This document shows, piece after piece, positions 1 through 9,681 of a DNA stretch of 64,000 nucleotides; the first letter of the stretch is position 1; every line of letters begins with the position of its first letter. The notes beneath the pieces were generated by a model. It worked only from the letters and a program-made list of their open reading frames with translations. It was not told the DNA's origin and did not search any database. This DNA is from a virus (taxonomy: Duplodnaviria > Caudoviricetes). Where the stretch lies: IMG/VR virus record IMGVR_UViG_2855110455_000001, positions 3,344 through 67,343 of that record, one strand, 5' to 3'. A program made the position numbers and the translations under genes.

Positions 1-53
1 TTGAGATTGAGTCAGACAGTTTTTATATAAATGCTTACAATAATGTGTGGTAG
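1..53 (+). CDS. 3' end of unknown gene abutting the radical SAM gene (partial)
   Basis: Open frame EIESDSFYINAYNNVW* ends TAG 51-53, directly before ATG 54. Confidence 0.5.
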   Translation, partial: EIESDSFYINAYNNVW

Positions 54-1091
54 ATGATGTTAAAAGCTATCCGATACAATAACTTGGGTTATACATCCTT
101 TTTTAATCCTGATAATGGTTTCTTTGCTCGAGTTCCAGATAAAGGGAAGATGGATCCTTTTTGGTCTCCACATGGCCCTGAGTTAATGGATATTTCAATC
201 ACAAATTGGTGTGATAAAGGTTGCTCTTTTTGTTATAAATCATCAACTAAATTAGGTCAGCACATGGCGCTAGATGATTATAAGAGGGTGATTGATCAAG
301 CTGCTGAAATGCATACATTTCAGGTCGCTTTAGGCGGTGGAAATCCTAATCAGCATCCAGATTTTTTAGAGATTCTATCATATACCGATTCCAAAGGAAT
401 AGTGCCAAACTTTACAACAAATGGTCGTGGATTAAGCGCCGAAATTCTTATTGCAACACAAAAATATTGTGGTGCTGTAGCTGTTTCTGCATATCCACCA
501 TATGATGAGACAGCTGCGACGCTTAAAAAGCTGATTGAAAAGGGAATTAAAACCAATATTCATTTTATTTTGGATGCTAAAAGTGTTGATACTGCCATTA
601 AGTGGCTAAAGTATCCTCCTGAGTTTCTCGCTGGTATAAATGCAATAATATTTTTGAATTATAAACCATCAGGAAGGAAAGTATTTGAAGAAAGGCTCCT
701 ACGCAATAGTCCAAGACTAAATGAGCTTTTTGAATTAGCGACTTCTTCTAAAAGAAAGTTGAAAGTTGGTTTTGATGCATGTTGTGTCAGCGGCGTATTT
801 GCACGAACCAATGCTAATACTACAATGGTAGATGCATGTGATGCAGGTAGGTTTTCATTGTATGTATCTGAAGATTTAAAAGTATATCCTTGCTCTTTTC
901 AAGCTGGGTTAGTGGAAGGAGATATGTTGAGTAATGAGACAACACTTCAAGATATATGGATGAACTCTCAAAACTTCAATTCGTTTCGACGTTATTTCAG
1001 CTCTGAACGTTGTGGTGATTGTAACCATCGTCCTATTTGTATGAATGGCTGCCCTTTATTTGATGAGCTTGTTGTTTGTGGAATTAGGTAA
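54..1091 (+). CDS. Radical SAM/SPASM-domain protein
   Basis: CxxxCxxC (CDKGCSFC), GGNP, TTNG motifs; C-terminal C..G..VYPC and CGDCxxxxxCxxGCP SPASM cysteines. Confidence 0.92.
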   Translation: MMLKAIRYNNLGYTSFFNPDNGFFARVPDKGKMDPFWSPHGPELMDISITNWCDKGCSFCYKSSTKLGQHMALDDYKRVIDQAAEMHTFQVALGGGNPNQHPDFLEILSYTDSKGIVPNFTTNGRGLSAEILIATQKYCGAVAVSAYPPYDETAATLKKLIEKGIKTNIHFILDAKSVDTAIKWLKYPPEFLAGINAIIFLNYKPSGRKVFEERLLRNSPRLNELFELATSSKRKLKVGFDACCVSGVFARTNANTTMVDACDAGRFSLYVSEDLKVYPCSFQAGLVEGDMLSNETTLQDIWMNSQNFNSFRRYFSSERCGDCNHRPICMNGCPLFDELVVCGIR

Positions 1092-1119
1092 GCCTAGTCT
1101 AATTACAAATTAATTAAAC

Positions 1120-1146
1120 AAAGCGATCTCTCACCAAGATCGCTTT
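1120..1146. terminator. Bidirectional hairpin between cargo and alpA; second copy at ~54,670-54,696
   Basis: aaagcgatct-ctcacca-agatcgcttt inverted repeat between convergent genes. Confidence 0.7.
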
Positions 1147-1150
1147 ATCT

Positions 1151-1492
1151 CTAAAACCGTTTTCCAAACCGACTTGTATTATCTTTCCATTCTTCAACAG
1201 CAGAACGTAACCAACGCAAGGGCATGAGTGTAATTGGCTCAGGGAAGCCGCGTGTTTGTCGCCACTTATAAATGGTTGCTCGACTTGTTATTTGAAACAT
1301 CTCTAAAACTTCAACGTGACTAATTAAAAGATGTGTTGATTGCTCATTAAGTTCAGCATAAGTTTTTGCTGGTGGCGGTGAATCAGGTAGTTGCTTTTGT
1401 TGTTTACTTTTATAGTGTGACGGTGTCACGTTTAAGCTGTTTTCTGTGGTATATGAGATGTTTACAGTAGGGTAGCTGTTGTAATCGAACAT
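1151..1492 (-). CDS. AlpA-family HTH regulator / probable excisionase
   Basis: EVLEMFQITSRATIYKW..GFPEPI..RWLRSAVEEW; start moved to ATG 1492 behind AAGGA. Confidence 0.85.
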   Translation of the reverse strand: MFDYNSYPTVNISYTTENSLNVTPSHYKSKQQKQLPDSPPPAKTYAELNEQSTHLLISHVEVLEMFQITSRATIYKWRQTRGFPEPITLMPLRWLRSAVEEWKDNTSRFGKRF

Positions 1493-1649
1493 GTTTGATT
1501 CCTTTTTGGTATGTTTAACTAACAAAATTAGCAAGACGAGCCCGATTCATGGTGCGCAGTAATGGGATATAGATAAAACTACCCCAATAGAGGCTTGGCG
1601 ATTGTGTGTGTTACGGGGGTTAGAAGGGAAAAGCTCTTTAGTAAAGAAT

Positions 1650-3281
1650 TTATAGTTGGGTGTTGGTGCGAGTAATATTGCTGATAGCATTCTCATAACC
1701 AGACCAATTATCAACACCTGCATTTTCTAGCGCTGTCAAAATAGCATCACGTTTACGAAGATAATTCGCTTCTTTAGCCGTCATCTGAACCATAGGTACC
1801 GCTTTGATTTCTGATGTTTCTATTTGATGGGCTAATGTAGTTGGTAAAAGTGCAGCTTTGCCTTTTTCAAGTGCATGGGCAATCACATCGCTTTGCTTAC
1901 TTTCTTCGCTAGCGGGTAGTATTTCCTGTTGAGCCTCAACCTTTGCTTGTGCTTTAGCATCGGCTTTTATCTGCATTTGCTGGCGTTCTTGTTCTAATCG
2001 AATATCTTCTGCAGCTTTGTGGTCAGTAATTCGAGTTTTAACAAGTGCACTAAAGTCGTCGGTATCTTTGAAGCAAATTGCCGCCCAGTCATTAAATAAG
2101 AATTGGTACTCAGCATGTGTCGATAGGGTGGCGTAGTTTTCCTTTGCTTTGTTAGCTAAAAGGTCTGCTTCTACAAGAGATTGTGCTGCAGCAGTATCTG
2201 CAGCTTCCTCCAGTGATTGAACTGTCTTTTTACCTTTCATTGCATTAAGCACTGATACTGTAGGTATTGGCATTGGGGCTTTGATTTCTAATGATAATGC
2301 ATTGAGATGTTGTTGAATTTTATCATTGGCATCGTTAAGAATACCTTTGCGAATTTCATCCTTGCGACTCTTCACTTGTTTATCTGCGGCTAATCGCGCT
2401 TGGCGAATTTGTTCACTAATAAATTTCAATTCCTTAATGAACGCATCAATACTCTGAACTTCACCAAGTACTTGTTCTGATAGTGCTTTTAGTTTGTCCT
2501 CTGCACCTTTGAATACTTTGACAAGCTGCTCTGCATCAGCAAACTCTTGGTCAGTTTCAATGGGGAGTTTTGATTTTTCAATCAGTGCCATGGTAGCTTG
2601 TTTGAAAATATCAAAGTTACTGTTAAGTGTTAGACCATCCATTTTGTAAGTTAAAGCGGGTAGGTCACGGATAGGCTCTGCTTCAAGAATGATGACTTCT
2701 TCTTTGTGTTCATAATTGGCTAAGTCCTTTTGGAACTGTAGCCAACCAGCAATAAGTTGTTCACGGCGCTCTGGCACTGAAACATACTCGCAAGATGCAA
2801 AGTTTTCACTTGTACCATCTGAACAAACAAAGATAGTTTTCTCGGCCCCTGAAACTAAAAGTTGCTGCTCAAGTTGCCAGTAATAATGAGGCTCAAGGTC
2901 GCTGTTTAATACTTGCTCGTAAAGGTTTTGGTTATAAAGTTTGTGTTCAAAGACAATGTCTTCAAGTAGGGTGATACCGTCAAAGCTGGCAAGCATCCAA
3001 TCATATTCATCACTGATTGCTGTTGCTGGAAATAACTCTTCATCAATAATTTTTTCTACGAGTGGACGAGCACTATCTTCTGCGGCATGGCCACGGGCAA
3101 AGATCTTCTCTTGAAAGCTATTCACTTCAGGTTGTTCACCTGTTGCTTTTTGTTTAAGTAGGGCATCACGACTTTGATATTTTGATGCACCCATCATGGC
3201 GCTAGATTCTGAAGCTGTAAATTTAGTGGCTCGTAGCGCGTGCCATTGTTGAGTTCCTTGGGTGACATTGATAATTTTCAT
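1650..3281 (-). CDS. YqaJ/lambda-exonuclease-family recombination nuclease with long coiled-coil C-terminus
   Basis: QGTQQWHALR, TASE, ASFDG, FEHK, YYWQLEQQLLV motifs. Confidence 0.9.
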   Translation of the reverse strand: MKIINVTQGTQQWHALRATKFTASESSAMMGASKYQSRDALLKQKATGEQPEVNSFQEKIFARGHAAEDSARPLVEKIIDEELFPATAISDEYDWMLASFDGITLLEDIVFEHKLYNQNLYEQVLNSDLEPHYYWQLEQQLLVSGAEKTIFVCSDGTSENFASCEYVSVPERREQLIAGWLQFQKDLANYEHKEEVIILEAEPIRDLPALTYKMDGLTLNSNFDIFKQATMALIEKSKLPIETDQEFADAEQLVKVFKGAEDKLKALSEQVLGEVQSIDAFIKELKFISEQIRQARLAADKQVKSRKDEIRKGILNDANDKIQQHLNALSLEIKAPMPIPTVSVLNAMKGKKTVQSLEEAADTAAAQSLVEADLLANKAKENYATLSTHAEYQFLFNDWAAICFKDTDDFSALVKTRITDHKAAEDIRLEQERQQMQIKADAKAQAKVEAQQEILPASEESKQSDVIAHALEKGKAALLPTTLAHQIETSEIKAVPMVQMTAKEANYLRKRDAILTALENAGVDNWSGYENAISNITRTNTQL

Positions 3282-4126
3282 TAGATTTCCTCCGCTTCAC
3301 AATTGATGAGTGCTTGTTTTTGAGGTTCAGTTAATTGGCCTTTACTTTCAATCATGGCGATCAACTGTTCAGCCGTTTTCTTACCGGACTGAATGACGGA
3401 TGACCACTTGGTGTAATTGAGTTCAAACTGATCGACAGGATAGTGTTTTATGGCTGGGCGTTGTGGGGTGATATCTTTTTCTGATGGCACAAACTCTTTG
3501 CCTTCCATTTCTTCTGCGGTAGGAGCTTGCCCTATATCAGGCCATGCTTTACGTAGTGCTTGCGCCTCTGCACATTTGGCTAACTGAGCATAAGGGCGTT
3601 TTTTCCACATTGCATTAGGTGTTGTTGTATAACGACTTGCAGATGCGTAGTTTTCTAGCCAATATTCTTTGGCACTGAATGTCACTAAGCGATCGCCAAC
3701 GAGTTTATAAACCGTATATTTACACCATTCTGGGAATTGGTATTCACTTGTGCTTTTATCATCACCGAGTGTTGTTGTTATTAGTGGCCCAAACTCAGGT
3801 TCATCAGCACCAGCATAGGTTCCACTGCGGTCTGCTTGAATACGGTAAAGACCAATTCCAGGCATGACAACATCTCTAAATTCGTAGATATCTTTGCCAT
3901 TATGGTCTTTTTGGCTAGTTTTAACGCTCATTGGAACAAGATGGACTGGTTTCAGTAAAATATCTAAATGACGTGATAAGCAGTAATCCACTGCCATTAA
4001 TATTGATTCATCACGCGCTCCCGGGAATACGCTATTTTGTAAGGCTCCCCATGTTGATTGATCAATGCCGCGTTGTGCGACTGCGGGATATTGCTGCTCG
4101 AAAGGAACAGTCGATTGAGTGTTCAT
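3281..4126 (-). CDS. bet: Phage recombination protein Bet (RecT/Bet single-strand annealing protein)
   Basis: GIGLYRIQADRSG, MWKKRPYAQLAKCAEAQALRKAWP; coupled to exonuclease; start ATG 4126. Confidence 0.9.
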   Translation of the reverse strand: MNTQSTVPFEQQYPAVAQRGIDQSTWGALQNSVFPGARDESILMAVDYCLSRHLDILLKPVHLVPMSVKTSQKDHNGKDIYEFRDVVMPGIGLYRIQADRSGTYAGADEPEFGPLITTTLGDDKSTSEYQFPEWCKYTVYKLVGDRLVTFSAKEYWLENYASASRYTTTPNAMWKKRPYAQLAKCAEAQALRKAWPDIGQAPTAEEMEGKEFVPSEKDITPQRPAIKHYPVDQFELNYTKWSSVIQSGKKTAEQLIAMIESKGQLTEPQKQALINCEAEEI

Positions 4127-4193
4127 TGTTATTACCTTTAGGTTATACATTTTCAAAGTGCTCTCGAGTAAGTAAGGGCACTTTATGAATGGG

Positions 4194-4553
4194 TTATAAA
4201 CCTGCGAGTACAAGTTGAAGTTCTTTTCTATGCTCCTTATATTCAGCGTGAAAGATTTTTAAAATAGTGACTTCATGTTCATTAAAGAACTCTTCAAAGA
4301 TATCTTTAGCAAACTCTTGAAATCCCATTAAGGTAAGTAGGGTATTGCTTGAACTGCAGTCTGCTGTGATAAGAAACTTAACCATCGCATTGGCTAATTT
4401 TCCATCGTGAGCTTCAAAGTAAAAGGTGGTGAAATCATCGACAGATAGGCCGCAAAACTCGTGGTTATTGAGGATTAGATGTTTACCAGTTGCTAGAAAT
4501 TTCTCTAGTGCATCAGCTTCTTGGGGTGAGACTTGATTAAAAATGTTTTTCAT
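4194..4553 (-). CDS. Phage hypothetical protein
   Basis: 119-aa ORF with AAGGAG RBS in the early-left operon. Confidence 0.7.
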   Translation of the reverse strand: MKNIFNQVSPQEADALEKFLATGKHLILNNHEFCGLSVDDFTTFYFEAHDGKLANAMVKFLITADCSSSNTLLTLMGFQEFAKDIFEEFFNEHEVTILKIFHAEYKEHRKELQLVLAGL

Positions 4554-4721
4554 AAGATACTCTCCTTAGGTGATGGGTTTTCATTAGATGCTATTGATTG
4601 GTTTTCTTATGTTCTTGCTCTGACTGCGATGTTGTAAGATATTCGGTCGTTACCTTTAGGCGGCATTCTTGGTCGTTTGCCGCCACGGCGCTAATTTTCT
4701 TGGTCGTAATTAGTGCCCAAA

Positions 4722-4752
4722 TCAACCCTGTCAGAAATGGCAGGGTTTTTTT
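4722..4752. terminator. Hairpin terminator, duplicated at 5209-5238
   Basis: caaccctgtcagaaatggcagggttttttt vs caaccctgtcaggaatggcagggttttt. Confidence 0.75.
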
Positions 4753-4834
4753 GTATCAAATAAAAATTAACGAAGTTCATATTGATGTGTATAGTTATTG
4801 AGTATTTTATTACCAAGCAATATGAGTATTAGAT

Positions 4835-5176
4835 ATGACGTGGAGCGTTTTAAATATTGATTATATAGATATGCCAAACGAGGCTCTCAATACAGAGATT
4901 CAAATTTCATCGGCTGTAGTCGATTACCTTAATTGCTTTCCATCCGGTGGGATTTTAAAATGTCCTATCTCCGTCATGTATAAAAATAGTCTTCATATTC
5001 AAGTGTTTTTCCCACCTGAACTATCAACAATTGCTCTATTATTCGGGGCGAAACCGATTAAAAAACCTGACTTCGAGACACTGAAAGGGATGAGCAGTAT
5101 AGAAATTAGCCCTATTGGATTAGATGTCAACTCACCTTATTTTCAATCTCTTTTCGTGAAATCTAACCATTCCTGA
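4835..5176 (+). CDS. Hypothetical moron protein
   Basis: 113-aa ORF opposite to the early-left operon, bracketed by the duplicated terminator. Confidence 0.6.
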   Translation: MTWSVLNIDYIDMPNEALNTEIQISSAVVDYLNCFPSGGILKCPISVMYKNSLHIQVFFPPELSTIALLFGAKPIKKPDFETLKGMSSIEISPIGLDVNSPYFQSLFVKSNHS

Positions 5177-5265
5177 TAAGCAGTTACTGTTAATTGTTAT
5201 TGGCTAAGTCAACCCTGTCAGGAATGGCAGGGTTTTTATATTTATAAAAGTGTTACATAGATCGT

Positions 5266-5655
5266 TTGTTATTCCCTTGTGGCATGTTACGCTCAAATTT
5301 TAACCATATGGACGAGGGTGAATATGTGTGGAATTGTTCTAGGATATTTTTTCCAATTAAATTATTTATTGAAGAAAAACTAAATAAATACGTTGCTTTC
5401 TATTGTAAGGAAATAAGTAAAGTCTGTTTTTTTGAGGAACTTCTATGGAGATATTTTAATGTTATGAATTTTATGAGTGAGTCAGTTATTACAAATAAAA
5501 TATTAAAGATTGAAAAATGGAAATCATTTTTATTATCGTGCTTGTTGTTTGGGGTTATTATTTTTTTAATTATCCTTACCATATTTCTTATTTTGATAAA
5601 GATAAAAAAAACAATAATTATGACATTGATTGGTCCATTCTTTACTCGCAATTAG
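5266..5655 (+). CDS. Possible small membrane protein (start uncertain)
   Basis: AT-rich ORF with hydrophobic C-terminal segment. Confidence 0.35.
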   Translation: MLFPCGMLRSNFNHMDEGEYVWNCSRIFFPIKLFIEEKLNKYVAFYCKEISKVCFFEELLWRYFNVMNFMSESVITNKILKIEKWKSFLLSCLLFGVIIFLIILTIFLILIKIKKTIIMTLIGPFFTRN

Positions 5656-5893
5656 CTATTTGTATCTCAAAGAAAACTGAATTCAATTCTCTTTGAGATA
5701 CAGCCTATAAGAGCTGTATCCCGGTCGTTACCTTTGGTCTTCTTGGTCTTTACCTAAATGCGCTCTAATTACTAAAGCACATCAGTAAAAACAGTTCATA
5801 CACCACCTTTCTAGTGCACTAGCCTTGATTATTACCACTCAAAATCTCTTGTGAGAGTGGCTAAGCGCCATCAAGACAAGGCGCAAAACTTAA

Positions 5894-6019
5894 GTAATTA
5901 TTCCTACGATGTTAAAGAACACATCAAGCAACTATCAGTTAGGGATTTTATTTGCTTGATGTAGCCAGTGTAGGTTTTATTACGATTTGGTGTCAAGAAT
6001 ATTTCGTAATTTTTATTAC
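5894..6019 (-). promoter_or_regulatory. PL/OL: leftward promoter with CI operators
   Basis: Minus-strand TTGACA (5996-5991), 18 bp, TACACT; GTAAT-N4-ATTAC-like sites at 5894, 5970, 6006. Confidence 0.7.
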
Positions 6020-6171
6020 AAAAGTTAGCGATGTGATGTTTTTTGTAGGAAATATGATATATAGATGGGGCATATTGAGGTGTGACAGCTCTTATAAAGT
6101 CAATTTTAGCTGTCACTGTATTGAGTCAGGCGAGATATTTCATGTATGGCGGTAAAGTTTGAGTGTTATGT

Positions 6172-6849
6172 CTATATTGGTTTAACGTGAGCAACAACAG
6201 TACCAACCAATCGGCAGCTTCCATTAATTTTTATATATTTCATATCAGGTGGATAATTAGGATTGAGTGCTTTTAGTACTTTTTTATTATCAATTAGTTG
6301 GAGTTGCTTAAATGTTGCCTCTGAAGAGTCCTCCATTTGAGCTATCACGAATTTACCATGAATTGGCTCTACCTGATCAGGGTCAACGTAAATAAGATCT
6401 CCTTCGTGGAAGCGATCCATCATGGAATCACCGTGAACACTTAGAATAAAAGTGCGATCTCCACATTTAACAGGGCAAGGGTAGTATTTATAATCTGATT
6501 CTGGGTACTCACTAATAGTTGTAAATACCCCTGCTTGTCCCCATGAAATTAAAGGACATTGTTTATTTATTATTGGTCCAATACTCTCGTTTGATTTCGC
6601 GGGTTTATCGACATTATAACTAATAGGCCCTAACCCATAGACTAACCATTCGGGCGTGCATTCCAAAAATCTAGATAAGGCAAGTAACACCTTGTCCTTT
6701 ACACTGTTTTGTACGCCAAGTTCTATATTTGAAAGAGATACGCGGCTAAATTTCATGTCAGTAACAACTTTAGCTATTTTTTGCGCTAACTCCTCTTGAG
6801 TCAAATCTAGAGCTGTCCTCCTTTCTTTTATTCTATCGCCTAATGTCAT
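6172..6849 (-). CDS. cI: CI repressor (XRE HTH + S24 peptidase)
   Basis: LGDRIKERR..LTQEELA HTH; VHGDSM and ATFKQL S24 catalytic motifs. Confidence 0.93.
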   Translation of the reverse strand: MTLGDRIKERRTALDLTQEELAQKIAKVVTDMKFSRVSLSNIELGVQNSVKDKVLLALSRFLECTPEWLVYGLGPISYNVDKPAKSNESIGPIINKQCPLISWGQAGVFTTISEYPESDYKYYPCPVKCGDRTFILSVHGDSMMDRFHEGDLIYVDPDQVEPIHGKFVIAQMEDSSEATFKQLQLIDNKKVLKALNPNYPPDMKYIKINGSCRLVGTVVAHVKPI

Positions 6850-6863
6850 GATATCTCTTCTGT

Positions 6864-6947
6864 GCAATGTTTATTACTTATAATGCCACAATTTTTATTG
6901 TTTTTTATTTCGTCATCTACTTTACTATTGGGGGTAATTAATATTAC
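6864..6947. promoter_or_regulatory. OR operator region between cI and cro
   Basis: 14-bp sites gcaatgtttattac (6864), acaatttttattgt (6888), gtcatctactttac (6912), gtaattaatattac (6934), matching OL sites. Confidence 0.7.
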
Positions 6948-6965
6948 ATTAAGTCAGAGGTATCT

Positions 6966-7181
6966 ATGAATTGTAATCTTTATAACATTTTATTGCGTGT
7001 ATACGGTTCTGAAGCGGTAATAGCAAAAGCGTTTCATGTTGAAAGAGCTGCTCATTGGAGACAGAACGTCCCTGAGCGAATTGCATTATTGTGCCATTTG
7101 TCACCATTAATTCCCTATACATACAATCCTAGTGACTTTAATCGTGATGTGACGGCTCTAGGATTAAAGATTAAAAAATAA
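6966..7181 (+). CDS. Cro-like protein
   Basis: 71 aa, divergent from cI, YGSEAVIAKAF..HWR..VPE Cro-type pattern, GAGG RBS. Confidence 0.7.
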   Translation: MNCNLYNILLRVYGSEAVIAKAFHVERAAHWRQNVPERIALLCHLSPLIPYTYNPSDFNRDVTALGLKIKK

Positions 7182-7222
7182 GATAACAACCAACGACTCA
7201 ACTAAATGAGTTCGAAACACAG

Positions 7223-7503
7223 ATGCTAACCACGATAGCTGCGCGCCGTAAGATCGGCAAAGTAGGGTTTCCACAAGCCTTAATTTGTGACGAACAAGTG
7301 AAGGCACGATTCACTGAATCTGACCGAGCAGTGATTGCTTCTTTTTAAAATCTGCTGATATCAATGAAGTTCAATTTTTATATACGTTAGTGATCTCAAG
7401 TATTCGCGACATGTTGCTCAACGATCAATATTTGGCACGCGCGATAAGAAATGAATTAACGAATGCCGACATTTTTATTCCTGAATGGATGACTGAGTTA
7501 TGA
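7223..7503 (+). pseudogene. Frameshifted gene in the CII position
   Basis: MLTTIAARRK..VIASF* continues in another frame KSADINEV..WMTEL* across the ttttt-aaaa run at ~7342-7350; stop overlaps next ATG. Confidence 0.5.
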
Positions 7504-7652
7504 AGAATGTAAATGACCTCGACAAAATTATCACTATATCGTCTCGTGTTGCGGCTAAACGCTGTGGTATGAGTGTATCAGTAACTAAGAATTTATTGCA
7601 GCTAGGAACCGATCCAACACGAGTTAACGCCACTTTATTTCATCGTCAGTAG
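7500..7652 (+). CDS. Small phage hypothetical protein (50 aa)
   Basis: MKNVNDLDKII..HRQ*, ATGA overlap with preceding frame. Confidence 0.5.
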   Translation: MKNVNDLDKIITISSRVAAKRCGMSVSVTKNLLQLGTDPTRVNATLFHRQ

Positions 7653-7677
7653 TTACCGCAAAAATTGGAGAATATGT

Positions 7678-8532
7678 ATGACTATCATCCGTTCAGAGCG
7701 CCGTAATCGATTCACGACAATTAGCAATTCGGTGTTTGCTAATAATCAATTGTCATTTCAAGCCATGGGTATGTTGTCTTACATATTATCTAAACCTGAT
7801 AACTGGAGAGTGTCGCCTGCACAGTTAATTACTGTTACTAAAAACACCGCTAAAAAGACGGCTAGAGATGGTGTTTATGCCATTTTAAAAGAGCTTCGCG
7901 AAGTCGGTTTTATTGTCCGTAAAAAGCTATCTACAGGTGAAACAAATTATATTGTTTATGATGTGCCAGTAGGGAGTAAGTCATTTAAAAATAAAGAAAA
8001 TAATAATTCTAAGTCCAATGATTTTGAATCCGATATACCAAAGAAAGAACAGTATGAACCTGATACGGTCAGACCTGATGCGGATGAACCTAATCTTTCT
8101 AAACCGACACTAATAAAGACTGATATTAAACAAGAACTGAATAATAACAAAGTAGATCTATTGTCGAGCAAGCACGACGATACCAAACCCATCGATAAAT
8201 ATTCTGATTCTGCAAAGCAAGTCATCCAACATTTGAATGCAGTCACAGGAAGCAAGTTCCAATGCTGTAAATCCAATATCACTCATATCAACGGTCGCTT
8301 AAACGACGGATATACCATTGAAGAGCTGTGCCTAGTCATCTCCCAAAAGCAAATCGAATGGGGCAGTGATGGAAAAATGGCTCAGTACATACGACCAAGC
8401 ACGCTGTTCAAGCCAAGTAAGTTTTCGGGGTACTTGCAAGTAGCCAAGCTCTTAGAACGGAATCCTGGTAGCAGACCTGTCATGCCAGCTGATTTTGATG
8501 ATATCTCTTGGGCTAAAAACCTCGGAATATAA
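7678..8532 (+). CDS. Replication initiator (O-like; N-terminal HTH + conserved phage C-terminal domain)
   Basis: LSFQAMGMLSYILSKPDNW N-terminus; VIQHLN..G..F and QYIRPSTLF C-terminus; position after cro. Confidence 0.85.
   Translation: MTIIRSERRNRFTTISNSVFANNQLSFQAMGMLSYILSKPDNWRVSPAQLITVTKNTAKKTARDGVYAILKELREVGFIVRKKLSTGETNYIVYDVPVGSKSFKNKENNNSKSNDFESDIPKKEQYEPDTVRPDADEPNLSKPTLIKTDIKQELNNNKVDLLSSKHDDTKPIDKYSDSAKQVIQHLNAVTGSKFQCCKSNITHINGRLNDGYTIEELCLVISQKQIEWGSDGKMAQYIRPSTLFKPSKFSGYLQVAKLLERNPGSRPVMPADFDDISWAKNLGI
8056..8109 (+). repeat. Probable replication-origin iterons inside the O-like gene
   Basis: acctgat/acctaat/accgac units at 15-bp spacing (8056, 8071, 8086, 8101). Confidence 0.5.
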
Positions 8533-8550
8533 CGACTTAGGTATCGACTA

Positions 8551-9189
8551 ATGAATACAATCACAGAAGTAATTTCGCATGCGCAAGGACCAAGACAACC
8601 GGAGGAAGAAACAGACTTAAATGATTTTGCAGCGCGAAGCATTAATCGAATATTCAGAGAGTTATGCAATGTTTATCCTAATTGGAGGCTCTGTTTTCGT
8701 GATAATGACCAGCTCAATTTAGCCAAGGCGAGTTTTGCTAAGGGCATGATAGAAAATGGTGTTGTTAACATTGCGCAAGTACAACGCGGCCTGTCACAAG
8801 CTCGTAGACAAGAATCTGATTTCTTTCCAAGCGTGGGTAAATTTTGTAGTTGGTGCAAAGGGGAGCTTGAGTGGCAGAGTGCCTTTCGCCGCATGTTAAA
8901 TCGTATGCCTGTGCAAAGTTTAGCTGAGAAAAGGGCACGTCAGGCAACATCGTGGGCCATTCGCAACAGTCTATCAGCACCTGAGGCTGAGAATAAATTC
9001 AAGCGGGCTTTTGAGAAATATCAAGGTCTCGAAGAGCAAGGTTTATTAACTGAACTCGTGCAGCTGCCATCACGTAGTTGTGTGACTGAATTTGATAAAC
9101 AACGTAACTCGACAACAGTGCGACCAGAGCACTTTAAAGCTAATTCGGTGTTTGCGCGTATTGCACGAAAAGGAGCAAATTATGAGTAA
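8551..9189 (+). CDS. Replication protein P-like (helicase loader)
   Basis: INRIFREL..YPNWR, ENGV..QVQRGL..AR..SDFFPSVGKFCSWC. Confidence 0.85.
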   Translation: MNTITEVISHAQGPRQPEEETDLNDFAARSINRIFRELCNVYPNWRLCFRDNDQLNLAKASFAKGMIENGVVNIAQVQRGLSQARRQESDFFPSVGKFCSWCKGELEWQSAFRRMLNRMPVQSLAEKRARQATSWAIRNSLSAPEAENKFKRAFEKYQGLEEQGLLTELVQLPSRSCVTEFDKQRNSTTVRPEHFKANSVFARIARKGANYE

Positions 9190-9565
9190 ATTTACTGAGT
9201 CAGAGCATGCAGCAATGGCAGAAGAATTGGCGATTAATGGTTTTAATTCATTGTTACGTTTGATTGTTCTTCACGATAAAAATATCCCTGATGTGACGAG
9301 AGCAAAATACAAAGTAGGAACCTATTGTTGTGCCAGTGGTAGCGCCATTAAATCGTGGTCGAAACATGGTTTACGTGGAGTGTATGTCGAGCGGGCATTA
9401 GAGTTTGCAGCGTGTTATCGCCTCTCAATTAAAGCCCATCAGCTACAGCCAACGAAGGCAATTGTCGAGCAGTGGCTTGAGTATGATTACAACCTAGTTA
9501 AATCTGGTCGAGCAAAGGCCAGCACATTTAATGGATGGGATATTGCGGCTCGTGGGGTGTTATAA
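9182..9565 (+). CDS. Phage hypothetical protein
   Basis: AAGGAG RBS, overlaps P stop. Confidence 0.7.
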   Translation: MSKFTESEHAAMAEELAINGFNSLLRLIVLHDKNIPDVTRAKYKVGTYCCASGSAIKSWSKHGLRGVYVERALEFAACYRLSIKAHQLQPTKAIVEQWLEYDYNLVKSGRAKASTFNGWDIAARGVL

Positions 9566-9681
9566 ACCATCAATACGGGATATTGGTTCCACTAACCGAA
9601 TCACATTTTTGACAATAAATTAAATTCTAACTAGGTATGATTAAGGTTTCATAGGTATTTTTTTAAGTTAAGGAAATTTTC

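Noticed and set aside
54-1091. Prokaryotic viperin
   Set aside because: Lacks the viperin N(Y/F)H..CNY.C.FCF context and has a SPASM domain
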